The position numbers and the translations under genes are program-made. DNA of 64,000 nucleotides, taken from IMG/VR virus record IMGVR_UViG_3300035670_000009, positions 128,001-192,000 of that record; one strand, written 5' to 3'. Under the pieces are notes generated by a model that saw only the letters and a program-made list of their open reading frames with translations, was not told the origin of the DNA and ran no database searches. Origin of the DNA: a virus (taxonomy: Duplodnaviria; Caudoviricetes). Positions 1 through 11,100 of this stretch are shown piece by piece (within the stretch, counting starts at the first letter, position 1; each line of letters opens with the position of its first letter).

Positions 1-76
1 CGGACGGTTCCACCCGCCAAAGAGTGACCCGGCCGCGCACACCCGAACCGTTAATGCCGATTTTATCGCGGGCCAT
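1..76 (-). CDS. 5-prime end of a gene running off the window (MARDKIGINGSGVRGRVTLWRVEPS...), probably a baseplate/tail structural protein
   Basis: ATG at 76 preceded by AAGGA just after the stop of 86..1669; frame open to the window edge. Confidence 0.5.
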   Translation of the reverse strand, partial: MARDKIGINGSGVRGRVTLWRVEPS

Positions 77-85
77 GATGCTTCC

Positions 86-1669
86 TTATTGACACGTCCC
101 AGAAATGACTCTCAGCGTCGCCCCGCGGTCGTAGACTAGTTCTTCTGACACGCTGTCAAACTGCGGCGCCATTCCGGTAAACGAGGTCGCGGTGTCGGTC
201 ACGTTTTCCTCGCCGTCTAGGGCGTCCCGGATGCCGCCAATCTCGTAAATAACGATCATGGCGGCCTGGGGCGGCATAAGCTGGCGCAGGTGCCTCATAT
301 TGTACAGGCCGAGCCGATTTTGCCCCAATGCCGCGCCTTTGATGCGCACGAGAAAAACGTTGTTTCTTAGGACATTTTCAGCAATGAAACGCAACGGATT
401 GATTGTGGCAGGAAGATTGCTCGCAGTCGGCTCGCCGTCAGGATTTGTGCGCTCGTCGAGCACGTGCGCAAGCGTGCCGCGCCGCTGGCGGCGAGGAACA
501 CACGGGTCGACTGGGACCAGCGCTTCAGAAATCCCCCGGGCGTGCAGTTCGTCAAAAAAGCGCGCGACATCGGCTGGAAAGCCGCCTAGCGCGAACCGCA
601 CGCAGGTGTAACCAGACGGATGCGCCGTGTCGACAATTAGCGGCAACTCTTTGTTCTCAAAGACCAAATCGCCGTAGAAGCAGGCAGAAAGAAACCCGCT
701 GTCCAGGGCAAGCGCGGTAATTGTCTCGGGAACTATCCCGCTCGTTAGCTCTACGATCTCCACAGAATCAACCAGCGCCGCACCCGCGCGCAGCTGCGCG
801 CCAATCGTCACAACGGGCGTAGCGTCTTCGGGAAACCGGTAAACGTGCTTATCAGTGACAATCAGCGTGCCGTGCGCGTCGCGCTGGAGCACTTCGACAA
901 CCTCGCCGTCTTCGCGGGCAACGGCTACCCCTGTGATTGCCGCCAAGGCCAGGTCAAGATCGGCGGCCGTGGCGCCGCCGTTAACAAGCCCTGAAAACAC
1001 GGCATTCATGAACTCCTTGGCGCCCGAGCTAGTGCGCAGTTTGATGCCCAGGGAGTACGCGAACTGCGTGTAAACGTATTCGTAATCAAATTGGCCCTGG
1101 AAAGCCCAGAGCGTGATCTCTTCGTCAACAAGCTGCCCATTTTCGTAAATACCCCGCTTGAGCAGCGCGAGTTGTTCGAATGGGTCCTCGACGAACACGA
1201 TTGCGTTGCGCTCTTGATCGATCGCGTAGTCGACGTTTTCAGACAAAGCAAATGTTGGCGCAATGAGCCGATCTAAAATCTGCCCAGCTCCGACGAGTTT
1301 CTCTGGCCGCGGGTAAGCAAAGAAAGGCTGCTCGGCCGCAGTGTCGAAAACCAGCGCGCCGTTAAACAACTCAGTCGTGCGGTCGAAACGCGCAATGCTT
1401 GTTAACACGCTATTGCGTTGACTCTTGCGCAGCACGACGGGCGTCCACAACTCCGTGTGATAAAGTGGCACGTCGAAACGACTGAGCGCCGCTACCGTTT
1501 CCAGAATGTTGCGATGGTTCTGTGCTGCCAACAGCGCAGTGCCCTCGGCATACGAGTTGACTTGATCTGCCCGGCTATACGTACGCGACCAGAAACTGCC
1601 CAGCAGCGCCAGCATGTCGCGGCCGCGGTCGAGGTCCGAGCCGGGATAGACAAAAGACGGTGTTTTCAT
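86..1669 (-). CDS. putative baseplate wedge subunit
   Basis: 527 aa ORF directly downstream of the baseplate J-like gene; function from synteny only. Confidence 0.5.
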   Translation of the reverse strand: MKTPSFVYPGSDLDRGRDMLALLGSFWSRTYSRADQVNSYAEGTALLAAQNHRNILETVAALSRFDVPLYHTELWTPVVLRKSQRNSVLTSIARFDRTTELFNGALVFDTAAEQPFFAYPRPEKLVGAGQILDRLIAPTFALSENVDYAIDQERNAIVFVEDPFEQLALLKRGIYENGQLVDEEITLWAFQGQFDYEYVYTQFAYSLGIKLRTSSGAKEFMNAVFSGLVNGGATAADLDLALAAITGVAVAREDGEVVEVLQRDAHGTLIVTDKHVYRFPEDATPVVTIGAQLRAGAALVDSVEIVELTSGIVPETITALALDSGFLSACFYGDLVFENKELPLIVDTAHPSGYTCVRFALGGFPADVARFFDELHARGISEALVPVDPCVPRRQRRGTLAHVLDERTNPDGEPTASNLPATINPLRFIAENVLRNNVFLVRIKGAALGQNRLGLYNMRHLRQLMPPQAAMIVIYEIGGIRDALDGEENVTDTATSFTGMAPQFDSVSEELVYDRGATLRVISGTCQ

Positions 1670-1676
1670 GCGTCAC

Positions 1677-3320
1677 CTAGTCGGCAAAGCCCGCGACTTC
1701 GACAGAAATGGCGATGTCTTCTAGACCGACAAGAAAGACCGTCGTACGACCAGTCACCAGTCGCCCCGGATCATTAGGAATCGTTAACAACGTACTGTCT
1801 CGCAGGTACTGAATCGCCCCGTCCGGACGGCGAATGCGGCCAAACATATCGATGGCGCTCACGGCCTGGCGGCCCGATAGATATCTATGCGCGACGCCGT
1901 TAATGACCGAACTGTGGAGCTGGCCAGAAAATCCGATTTTTTGAATTTCCTCAACCAGGGCGAGCTTGATTGCAGCAGTGTCAATCGTCGCAGTTGTGTT
2001 TTCTTTGCGGATCGTGAAATTGATCTTCGTGAAACAAGGGACGGCCGCTTTGACGAGCACATCTGCCGACCGGCTGCGCACGTCGCGACGGTTGAGAAAA
2101 TCCTGCACGTCGTCGATAAGCGGCAGGCTCGCAGTGGTCACTGTGTAGTACGCGCGACTTTGGTTTACTACTAAGCCAGTCGACACCGTGTCGGTGTCCT
2201 CAAACTGAATGACAGCGGTCTGGTAGCGCGTGTACGCGCTTTCGGCCGTGGTTGTGATATCAGGAACGTGGTCGAGCTGGCTGAGATCTGTGCCGCGAAT
2301 ATCGTTGACAATCTCGTACCCGGTTGCCGTTTTGTCGTTCGGCTTGGTGACGCGGCGGACCTCGTAGAACCCTGGCGCTGTGTCGCGCTCCAAGGTGACC
2401 TGCCAACGTGTGCCGATCGTTCCTTCGCCAATGTAAACGGCCGTCAGCAAATGCTCTTTTTCCTGCGCGGCATAATGGGTTTGGCAATAGATATCTATTC
2501 GCCCGCCGCCCGAGACCGGAAACAAACCGTGCTGGTCACGCTGCTGCTCCGGATCGCCGCAGCCCAAAACGGAAAAATGCGGAATATTGGCGAACGCCGC
2601 TTGATTGCGAATAGCAGCTGCGTAACTTGCCCGCCCGCCAATAGTTTTAGCCGCCAGTCCAGAAGGAAGGCGGGTCAAATAATCTGCATTGCTTTCAGGC
2701 GCGGCGCCGGAAACAAAATCTACCGCCGCAAACGCCTCGCGCATGTTGTTGGGCACAAAATCTGGGACAAGTGTTGCTCCGCGGCGGATGTTCCCGGCCA
2801 CGCCGATTTCTAGCGCCTGCATGAGAATATTTATGGAATAGGTGCCGTCTCCCACAGCAATCATTTCCAATTCATCGGCACTTCTCGCGGCTGTCCCCGG
2901 CGGCACGGCAATCACGGACGCCACGGGCCGAAACTCGACGCCATCTGCCGCAAACGTGATATTGTCCGAAATCGCTGTGCTGACAGGAAGATTGAACACG
3001 ATGGTGGCCTCGCCCTTGGAACGAGTGCCGTTATTGCGTACGAGGTTGAAGTTCGACAGCACCTGGTCAACCAGCTCGGGCTCAGCCAACACCGGGTTGG
3101 CATTGATCTGCAGCAGGCTGTTACTCTGCAACACGCGATCAATGTTCTCCCGTACGGCGGCGTTAAGTGCGGCGTTAAAGTAAAGTACGAGGTCGTGAAA
3201 AACGCCCCGAGTCAGCTCGACGTCAGGGTGCTTTTCTTGCATGTACTGCGTAAACAGCGCGAACATTCGGTCGACTGTCGCGCCGTCGAGCTCGTCAAGT
3301 TTGGCAATTTCCAGGGGCAT
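1677..3320 (-). CDS. baseplate J-like (gp6-type) wedge protein
   Basis: 547 aa; gpJ-like pattern (G...SGEATIVF...TFAADGVEF; GVAGNI..G; GAAPESNADYLTRL); follows the gp25-like gene. Confidence 0.75.
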   Translation of the reverse strand: MPLEIAKLDELDGATVDRMFALFTQYMQEKHPDVELTRGVFHDLVLYFNAALNAAVRENIDRVLQSNSLLQINANPVLAEPELVDQVLSNFNLVRNNGTRSKGEATIVFNLPVSTAISDNITFAADGVEFRPVASVIAVPPGTAARSADELEMIAVGDGTYSINILMQALEIGVAGNIRRGATLVPDFVPNNMREAFAAVDFVSGAAPESNADYLTRLPSGLAAKTIGGRASYAAAIRNQAAFANIPHFSVLGCGDPEQQRDQHGLFPVSGGGRIDIYCQTHYAAQEKEHLLTAVYIGEGTIGTRWQVTLERDTAPGFYEVRRVTKPNDKTATGYEIVNDIRGTDLSQLDHVPDITTTAESAYTRYQTAVIQFEDTDTVSTGLVVNQSRAYYTVTTASLPLIDDVQDFLNRRDVRSRSADVLVKAAVPCFTKINFTIRKENTTATIDTAAIKLALVEEIQKIGFSGQLHSSVINGVAHRYLSGRQAVSAIDMFGRIRRPDGAIQYLRDSTLLTIPNDPGRLVTGRTTVFLVGLEDIAISVEVAGFAD

Positions 3321-3796
3321 TACGACACCTGTGGCAATGTTTCAATAGGAAAAACAATAGTTCTGCTTGTGCCTGCGCGACTTACAACCGTGACCCGCAG
3401 GTCGGCATATCCGGGTTGAAGAGTTGCGTTTGTCAAAATCGCCTGGTCAAAACGTTCATCGTCGGGCATTTCCTCATATTCCTCACGGCGAAGGTTACGA
3501 GTAATTTCAAGACTGGCGAGTACAAAATTAGACAACAGATCACTCTGCGTTCGCACACGGCCCTGCCGAACATCCGTCATAAAGTCACAACCCCGGTCGG
3601 GCCTGTATGGCATTGAACCACGTTCAGTCAAGAACTCTAGCGCCCACCGCTGCGCCAACTTTTGCGCACCTGTGCAAATTTTACCGCTACTGCTTTCGGC
3701 ATAAAGCGCCATGTCTTGCAGTCCGTCCGAGCGGTCTGCGACTGGTTGAAAAGCGAGGTAGTCGTATTTGCGGTTGACAAAATCTTTGAGGGACAT
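3320..3796 (-). CDS. gp25/GPW-like baseplate wedge protein
   Basis: 158 aa; TERGSMPYRPDRGCDF resembles the gp25 T..GE....P.FG motif; 1-nt overlap with the J-like gene. Confidence 0.65.
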   Translation of the reverse strand: MSLKDFVNRKYDYLAFQPVADRSDGLQDMALYAESSSGKICTGAQKLAQRWALEFLTERGSMPYRPDRGCDFMTDVRQGRVRTQSDLLSNFVLASLEITRNLRREEYEEMPDDERFDQAILTNATLQPGYADLRVTVVSRAGTSRTIVFPIETLPQVS

Positions 3797-3799
3797 GAG

Positions 3800-4267
3800 T
3801 TACCCTCCGTGTGCGCTGCCGACGTTAATAGTATTTTCCACAGCTTGCTTAAAAAACGAAAACACGCCTCTGCCGCCTAATCCGTGGCCCTTTAGCCGCC
3901 CGTGCATTAAAGACGCGCAGCGCACAAGAGAGGCGTGCCGCATACGAAAAGCGCGCTCTTCACTGGCCATAAAATCGGCCTGCCACTTCATTGCGATCAG
4001 GTCGCCCGAGTTGCCGCCTTGCTGCCCAGGACCCGCCAAAATGGTTTCAGAGTAAAGCTGATTGATGTTGTTGCGATCCCACGGCGGGTTGTGCAAACTG
4101 GGCACATCGAGCAGGTCTCGGGTTTTAAGCTCCTCGGGTGTGTGCCACAGTCGGAGATCGCTCTGTGTTTTGAACTGCTCAGACATCTTCTGAGCTTTCT
4201 GTTCCAGATCGCTGATCCGCTTTGAGTACTTCGGATCGACCTGTCCGCGGCTGGTACCGTGTCCCAT
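3800..4267 (-). CDS. hypothetical protein in the baseplate module
   Basis: 155 aa, strong SD (AAGGAGG), tightly packed. Confidence 0.6.
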   Translation of the reverse strand: MGHGTSRGQVDPKYSKRISDLEQKAQKMSEQFKTQSDLRLWHTPEELKTRDLLDVPSLHNPPWDRNNINQLYSETILAGPGQQGGNSGDLIAMKWQADFMASEERAFRMRHASLVRCASLMHGRLKGHGLGGRGVFSFFKQAVENTINVGSAHGG

Positions 4268-4269
4268 TT

Positions 4270-5082
4270 TTAGAACCCTCCTTGGCTGTAACGCTTATCG
4301 AGCATGGCCTGAATCTTGGCGGCGCGCTGGCTCACGGCGCCTGGCGTGATGTTCAATCGCTTGGAGATCTCCTGAGTGCTGGCCGCGCGACGGCCGTTGC
4401 GCCCCAAAGTCATATCCATAATCAGCTTGTCGGTCGGGCCCAGATCTTCGTAGACGAAGTTCGCCCAGGCGTCTGCGCCGCGGTTGGCGCCGGGGACCGT
4501 GCTCGCTACGCCGCCGTCCTGGCTCTCGTCGTCGTTTTCAAGAATCGTTGCGCTCTCGGGAAGCGGCTGGTGAAACGCGCGGATCTTCTTGATTCGCCGG
4601 GCCGAGAGGTTTGTGTGGTCGGACAACTCGTCGTCAGTCGGGTCGCGCCCCAGGCGGTCGCGCAGCTCGTTCTCGCTTTCGGAAAGCCGTTGGAAGTCGA
4701 GGCCCACCTGCTCGGGCACCGAAATGATGTTCTGTTCTTGAGCTGACAGGCGGCGCAGGCTTTGAAGCTGGCTGAGCAGGTGCGTCCGGACGTTGCCTTT
4801 TTTGGGGTCGTAGCTTTCCATAGCCTTTAGTGCCATCAGCCGCGCCCGTGTCTTAATCGTCGGGCTCGGGTTGTTCGCTGCGTAGCTGGAAACGGCCGTA
4901 TCGATGACCGGCTGCACCGTTGAGAGCAGCCGCGTGTTTACTTCCGGCGTGCGCGTAGTCTGCCACTGCTGGTAAACCGAATCGAACTCGTCGCCGACGC
5001 CGGTCGGGTTCTTAGGCTTGGAAAACGGCGGGGCGATGTCGCCCAGAATTGACGGCATACCTTGAAGTTTGTCTTGGGGCAT
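4270..5082 (-). CDS. sigma-70 family RNA polymerase sigma factor (regions 2, 3 and 4)
   Basis: Region 2-like ALKAMESYDPKKGNVRTHL and IISVPEQ; region 3 ELRDRLGRDPTDDELSDHTNLS; region 4 HTH STQEISKRLNITPGAVSQRAAKI. Confidence 0.8.
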   Translation of the reverse strand: MPQDKLQGMPSILGDIAPPFSKPKNPTGVGDEFDSVYQQWQTTRTPEVNTRLLSTVQPVIDTAVSSYAANNPSPTIKTRARLMALKAMESYDPKKGNVRTHLLSQLQSLRRLSAQEQNIISVPEQVGLDFQRLSESENELRDRLGRDPTDDELSDHTNLSARRIKKIRAFHQPLPESATILENDDESQDGGVASTVPGANRGADAWANFVYEDLGPTDKLIMDMTLGRNGRRAASTQEISKRLNITPGAVSQRAAKIQAMLDKRYSQGGF

Positions 5083-5091
5083 TGTTCAACC

Positions 5092-6801
5092 TCAAAATCC
5101 AAATATGCCTAAAATGCCGCCGCCACCTTGTTTTATTGCAAGCGGCGCGCCGGTCCACGGCTGCTCGTACATTGGAGGTCTCTCCGCAGAGCCGCACGTT
5201 TCGCAATTTGTAATCGTGCGCGTGTTATTTTCCTCGTTTGTTCGAATGTGCGCCAGCGCGAAACTGGTTCCAGCAGTGGCCTTTTCAGAGTTGATTACAA
5301 ACGACACCTGCGTCACCGTTGCGTATAACGAGTCGTCAGGCGCGGGCGTAAGCCAGCCGCCCGGTCGTTGGTCGCGCGGCGGGATCTCGATTTTCACGAT
5401 GCTTCCCGGCGCAATGTCAAAACGCAGCTTGCCCGACATTTCGCCATAGCGCTGGCTGAGCAGCTCGGTTTTGTACCAGTGCTCGGCGAATCTGGTGAGC
5501 GCTTTGCTTTCCTGCTGTTCCCGCAAGGCATCGTGCGGCACTAACCAATTAGGCGGCGGGGAGCCCTCACCCGTTTGCGGTTCCATTGTGTCGCCCACCG
5601 GTCGCGCCGTCGTGCCGGTTGTGCGACCGGTAAAAACGGCATCTGGCACAAAGTTCGCCATCCACCCAGGCGCTTCCTTGAGAAGTTTTAATCCCTGCTT
5701 GTCTTGATTGACTTGCAGTGGGTAATAGCCCAACGGCGCTTGCAGGCTGGGCGGCGGCGGAGTTTCACCGCCAATCTGATAGTTCGTAAAGGACGGCTGC
5801 TGGGAGTAAAAGATATCTACTGATTCCAGCAACTGCGACATGTTCGCGTTGAAATTAGCGTAACCGTACTCGTCGGCGTAAATCGTGATGTATTCTTTTT
5901 TCAACCCAGCAAAGAACGGCACAGGCAACGCGAACTCAACGCTGGGAGAAATAGCGAAAAAGAATTGCGACGCGTATTCTCCAATGAGTTTGCTCCAGTA
6001 AGTTGTGTACGCGAACGATTCAAGTGCTTCTTTGCTGATAGCCATTTGGACAGCGTACTGAATGTTGTTTGAATCAAGCCCGTTGATATCTAAAGCCAGT
6101 GGTTTGTAGTATTGTTCGCCTTTGCCGGGCATGCGCTCTAGCGCGGCTAGTGCGGCGGTGTTCGTCTCGCCGCCCGCGTCGGTCTGATAACGCGGCGACG
6201 GAAACCGCGCAATGCTTTCAAACGCGGGGCGAAGTACTTTTTTCCACATGTCTGCGCGGATGTTGGTCGGCGTAATAAGTGTGCCGTCCGGATCAATTGC
6301 AGGAACAGTAGACCACCGACCCCCGCCGGTGCCTGCGTTCGGGTCGACAATGTAATAAGCCGCATTTTGCGCCAGGTCATACGGGGCGCCGGGCTGCCAA
6401 TTGCCGTTGATCATTGACGAGTTATTCAAGTCGTCAAGCCAGTGGATTAAGTTGAGCGTGTAGTTTGACGAATTGAAAGAACGCGAATAGCCAATGCCGA
6501 TGTAAAAACCCTCAAAAATGGTGAACGTCCCGGCAGGCATCTTGTCTTCCTGCCCGTCTGTGGTTTCGATAGTCAGTGTTACTGTGGCTTTATCGCGCGG
6601 CTTCAACTGGCTTTTTACGCGGTGGATTGTTGCTTCTTCGTTCGTGTCGACGCGCCTGCCAGTGGCGACCATCATTGACGCGCAGGGAATTGAGTTCAAC
6701 CCAAACGTCGCCGAGAAAGAAATGACGTCCAGAAACTCGACGCCGCCGATTTTGGCGCTGAGCTTAAATTTTGAAACGACGTAGGGCGTGCTGAATGCCA
6801 T
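5092..6801 (-). CDS. putative baseplate hub (gp27/late control D-like)
   Basis: About 569 aa from MAFSTPY; C-terminal GKLRFDIAPGSIVKIE...LYATVTQVSFVI resembles hub C-termini; synteny. Confidence 0.5.
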   Translation of the reverse strand: MAFSTPYVVSKFKLSAKIGGVEFLDVISFSATFGLNSIPCASMMVATGRRVDTNEEATIHRVKSQLKPRDKATVTLTIETTDGQEDKMPAGTFTIFEGFYIGIGYSRSFNSSNYTLNLIHWLDDLNNSSMINGNWQPGAPYDLAQNAAYYIVDPNAGTGGGRWSTVPAIDPDGTLITPTNIRADMWKKVLRPAFESIARFPSPRYQTDAGGETNTAALAALERMPGKGEQYYKPLALDINGLDSNNIQYAVQMAISKEALESFAYTTYWSKLIGEYASQFFFAISPSVEFALPVPFFAGLKKEYITIYADEYGYANFNANMSQLLESVDIFYSQQPSFTNYQIGGETPPPPSLQAPLGYYPLQVNQDKQGLKLLKEAPGWMANFVPDAVFTGRTTGTTARPVGDTMEPQTGEGSPPPNWLVPHDALREQQESKALTRFAEHWYKTELLSQRYGEMSGKLRFDIAPGSIVKIEIPPRDQRPGGWLTPAPDDSLYATVTQVSFVINSEKATAGTSFALAHIRTNEENNTRTITNCETCGSAERPPMYEQPWTGAPLAIKQGGGGILGIFGF

Positions 6802-6802
6802 G

Positions 6803-7627
6803 TTATGCCGCAACCTCGATGTGTGTGCCGGACTGCAGTATTTCGTTGGTGCGGTAAATCGTAGCCAAAATCAATCCGCCGAGCCGGTAGATCGGATTAG
6901 GGTGGTCAAACCAGAGCTGCTTGAATGTGGCAAACGGTTCTCGGCCAGTGCCCACGCCAAACAGCTCCAGAAACAACGGCTCGCCCAAAAGCTCTAAGAT
7001 CGGCACGGCAGTGGTGAGAATGTTGCCGGGTTGGACGCGGGTATAAATCGTCCAGTCGACGGTCATCGGGGGGCGCGGCACTTGGAACGACACGCCGGTG
7101 TTGTCGAGCGGCACCGTTTGAGACAGGTCATTTAAAAACACCAGCGGCGTTGTCACGCTGTTGCTCCGCGTACCAAGCGGCGTGAGAATCGCCTCCCAAT
7201 CACCGTCAGCCGCGGTGACGCGCAGCGTAAACTCGCGAACGCTCCGGCCCCGGGCGCTGTCAGCGAACAAGTCGCCGCGCAGGAACGGCGGCTGCGCGGC
7301 GAAGCCGAAGTACTGCGTGATTACTAGTCTTTTTTCTGTTTCGTAAAACGGGCGGGCCGGTTCTGGCCAATAAGTCACGCGCGGATCGAGCGCGTAGACA
7401 AATTCTGCCAACTCGGTTTGATGTAAATGCGCCATCAGCTCACGAACACGGAAATTCAAAAAGTACCGGTCTGGCGCCGTGCCAAACAAGATCCGCCGCA
7501 CGCGCTGCAGGTACGACGGCAGCGAAAGCGGCGCGTAGTTTGCCGGGATGTATTCCTCGCCAAGTTCTTGGCGCTGATTGCTGGCGCCAGAAACGTTCAG
7601 CAGGAGAGTGCGGGCGTGGTTAATCAT
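6803..7627 (-). CDS. hypothetical tail/baseplate protein
   Basis: 274 aa, packed between the tape measure and hub genes. Confidence 0.55.
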   Translation of the reverse strand: MINHARTLLLNVSGASNQRQELGEEYIPANYAPLSLPSYLQRVRRILFGTAPDRYFLNFRVRELMAHLHQTELAEFVYALDPRVTYWPEPARPFYETEKRLVITQYFGFAAQPPFLRGDLFADSARGRSVREFTLRVTAADGDWEAILTPLGTRSNSVTTPLVFLNDLSQTVPLDNTGVSFQVPRPPMTVDWTIYTRVQPGNILTTAVPILELLGEPLFLELFGVGTGREPFATFKQLWFDHPNPIYRLGGLILATIYRTNEILQSGTHIEVAA

Positions 7628-7633
7628 GACAAA

Positions 7634-8119
7634 TCAGTTCTTCGGGATAACGTGAATACGGAGCACGTACTGGCACACAGGGATGTCTGGCCGCGCAATT
7701 TCGGCGCGCATACCAGTGAGAAACCCATAAAAAGCCTGCACGTTGCCAAACGACACTCGAATTGCTTCTCTTTTCGAGCTGATGCGGTTGCGTTCGTAAA
7801 GATCCCAAAGATCGTCGATCGCGTCTTTCTGTTCGGCAAAGAACCCGCCAAAAATACCCGCCGCACATGCCCGTTTGATAAAAGCCATGCCGGTGACATT
7901 CAATTCTCCGACGCGGTCACCAAACGCGTAGAAATAGATGAAATCGCTGACTGTGTGTAAGAACTGATAGTTGCCGCCAACTTCTAGCGCAAAGCCTGTG
8001 ACTGGTAATGTAATTTGACGATTGTCGAGTTTGATACGAAACAACACGCTGTCATCATTGCATTTGGTTGGCAAGCGGGCCACAACTCCATCACATTGTT
8101 TGAACAAAAGATTTGCCAT
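7634..8119 (-). CDS. hypothetical tail protein (possible tube initiator)
   Basis: 161 aa, beta-rich, immediately after the tape measure gene; synteny. Confidence 0.5.
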   Translation of the reverse strand: MANLLFKQCDGVVARLPTKCNDDSVLFRIKLDNRQITLPVTGFALEVGGNYQFLHTVSDFIYFYAFGDRVGELNVTGMAFIKRACAAGIFGGFFAEQKDAIDDLWDLYERNRISSKREAIRVSFGNVQAFYGFLTGMRAEIARPDIPVCQYVLRIHVIPKN

Positions 8120-8121
8120 GA

Positions 8122-11100
8122 TTAAGTTCCAAACACGGGCACGCCGCCTTCTGGCGTTTCCATCGGGCGATTGCCCGTGGCGCTGAGCATTGCCTCTTGC
8201 AGGCCGCGAAGTGAAAGCGTGCCGTTGATTGAGATTTCTTTTCCTCCGCCGCCAGGCTCAGCGGCCTGCTGCGGCGGTGGGCGGTCGGCTTGCGAGGTGT
8301 TGACCGTCTGCTGCACCGCTTGCGTAGCGGCAGTCGCGGCGGGGTCTTCTTCCGTGAAAATCTTGTACGCTTCTGCCCCGAGCCCGGCGACGCCGCCAAT
8401 CACGGCACCGGCGGCAGCGCCAATACCCGCACCGACGCCAAAAAAAGGCGTGCCGATCGCGGCGCCAATTGCTGCTCCGGTCATCGCTCCGCCGCCCGCG
8501 GCGCCGAGCATACCCATCGCTTTGTCTTTGTCTGACCCTTTCTCGATGCCAACCAAGTCGCTCATCATGCTGCCGCTGGAGGCGTCGCCCGTGAGCATGC
8601 CCAAAATACCGCCCTCGATCGCGCCGCGTCCGTTTTCTGCGCCTTCAAAAGCACCAGCCACGCCTCCGAGCAAAGGCGAAAGAAACGGCGCGACTTTACT
8701 GACGGGTGCAAGAAACCTGGCGGTAGCGGCAGCCCTGGAGCCAAATGACGCGGCAGCAGAAACACCTGATACGCGGCTGGCCGCGCGGGCCGCCATGCCC
8801 GCGCCCGTAGCTACGTTGTCTGCCGTATCGAGGACGGTCTTGGCAGTAGAGGCGGCGAACTGGCCGTGATTGACGTCCTCGCCGTTAAGGGCGGCCAGGC
8901 CCGTGCTGGCGCTGTCGTATACGCTCGCGGCACTGGCGGCCGTGTTTACGGCGAACATGGCGGTGTCGATGGCGCCGCCTACCCTCGGGCCGCCAGCCTC
9001 TTCATCAGCCATAGCGGTTCGAAAAGCCGCGGCACTTTCAGGGTCGATACGTGCGTCGGCGCGGTGAAATGCTGTAGCCTGATTCACTGCTTCAGCAGTT
9101 TCTCCTTCTGCGCCAATCGTATGAAGTTGGTCGGCAGCGGCGGCTCTATTTATAGATACCGCCGTACGGCTGAAGCGCGCGGGCGAAACAATATCGCGCG
9201 CTGCTGGTTGCTGCTCGGCAGAAACTGCCGTGCGAGCTTGTTGCACAGCCGATGTAGTGTCACTCACCGCCAGTGGTTGCTGCTCGGCAGAAACTGCCGC
9301 GGCGATGTCTTGCGCCGCAGTATTTGAAATACTTGCGCCGCGTTGATTTACAGTTTCATCAGATTCTGCAGCGGCACTTTGTGTTTCGTTTTGTGCGTTA
9401 ACGTTGTTAACGTCCAACGCGCGAAAAGCGTCAAACTCTTGACCGGTCATGCGCCCGACCAATTCGTTTTCGGCTGTCTGGTTCCTGGTCGTGTTCGGCG
9501 CAGTCGTTACAGCTTCGGCAACTTGCTCTGCGGGTGTGCTTCGTGTTGCAATAGCCTCTGCGCGACTAAAACCCGCGCCAGACAAATCTGCGCGCTTGGC
9601 GTTGCGCAGGGCGTCTGCTTGCGCCATCATCTGTTCTCTTTGGCGGCGCGGAAGGCGTCTTGAGAGCTGTTCTGCTGTCACGTCGCTGGCACCGGCGACG
9701 TACTGCCGCAGCATGTCAGCGTCGCGCCCTGTGCCGCGCCCGAAAGCCTGCTCAGCTAGAGCGGTCACGCCTTCGGTCCGGGCGCTGTCGTTGGCGCCCT
9801 CATACATCCCCGTGAGAATACGTTCGGCCCGCGTGCGTTCTGTGTCGTTTCGGGCGCCCTGGTACATGTCGAGCGCAGCCCCGATTCCAGCCGCCATTTC
9901 GGGGGCGTACCGGTTCTGCATCTGGTTGATGTCTTGAACGTTGAGCAGATCTTTCGCCGCCTGTGCGCCAGAGTAATTTGGATCCTTTCCCATCTTCTCG
10001 AGTACTTCGCCACTGCGCTGAAGAAAACTCGACTTCTGGCCCATTGAGACCCGCTTCTCGCGCTCAGCCCGGTCGGCGTATTTAACGCCGTCATCGCGGA
10101 CGCGTTCCTGGCTGCTGTTGATCTGGTCATGCGCTGTAAGTTGCTGCCCGGTACGCGAGGTTACGTAGGCGTTGCTCTGCGCGGCGATGCCCGAGAGGCT
10201 TTCAATGCGCTGCCCTTCGGTCTCGCCAAACATCGCCTGACTGGCCTGCTCGGCGCGTTGCCGGGCTTGCCGCCGGGGCACGCCGCGGGATTCGTAATAT
10301 TGCGCCATCATGTCGACATGGCGCTTTTCCAAATGTTTGGCGCGGTCCTCGCTCGACATGCCGCCCGTCTCTTCAACAATGACCTGCGCGAAACCGCGGC
10401 TGAGCGCTTGCGCCATGTCGTTACGCTCGCGCTCAAAATCTTCTTCACTTTGGGCGCCTATGCCCATGAAGCCACGATTGCGCAAGGCGTCAAACCGATC
10501 ACCGGTCATCCGCCCGATCAGCTCACCCTGGATGACCTGGTTGCCCAGGTGCTTTTGCATTTCCCGCTTCTGAGCCTCTAGCTCCAGGCCCGAGCTGTAC
10601 TTTTCGGCGGTGGCGGGGTCGTAATAGAAAGAGTTAAACGTCTGTGCGTTACCGCCGGAAGCCTGGAGAATCCCCAAGGCACCCCCGCGCCCGGACTGCG
10701 CCACAATCTCAGCCAAGTTGCGCTGCTGGCCGCCAAACTCGTAGGTGCCGCCCGAACTGGGGTCGTTGTAGGCCTTCATTGCGGCCTCCAACTCAGTTCC
10801 TGCGTACATCTCCTTGTTCTGCTGGTACATCCGGTTGAGCGCGGCCATGCTCTTTCCGGCTTCGGATTTTTGCCCGCGGTAGATTCGCTCTTGAGTTTCC
10901 TGGATCGCCTCGCCCTCGGTCATGTCCCCATAGAGCTTGCGGCTGAACATTCCTTCCCGTTGCATGGCGGCCACGTTCTGCATGGTCTGCATGTTGGCCG
11001 CCATCTGCATGTGCGCCGGGGTGCCGTGCATTTGGCCCAGTGCCGTACCATGCGCGCCGATCATCGCGATGGACTCGAGATTCATGCCAGCGTCCTGCGC

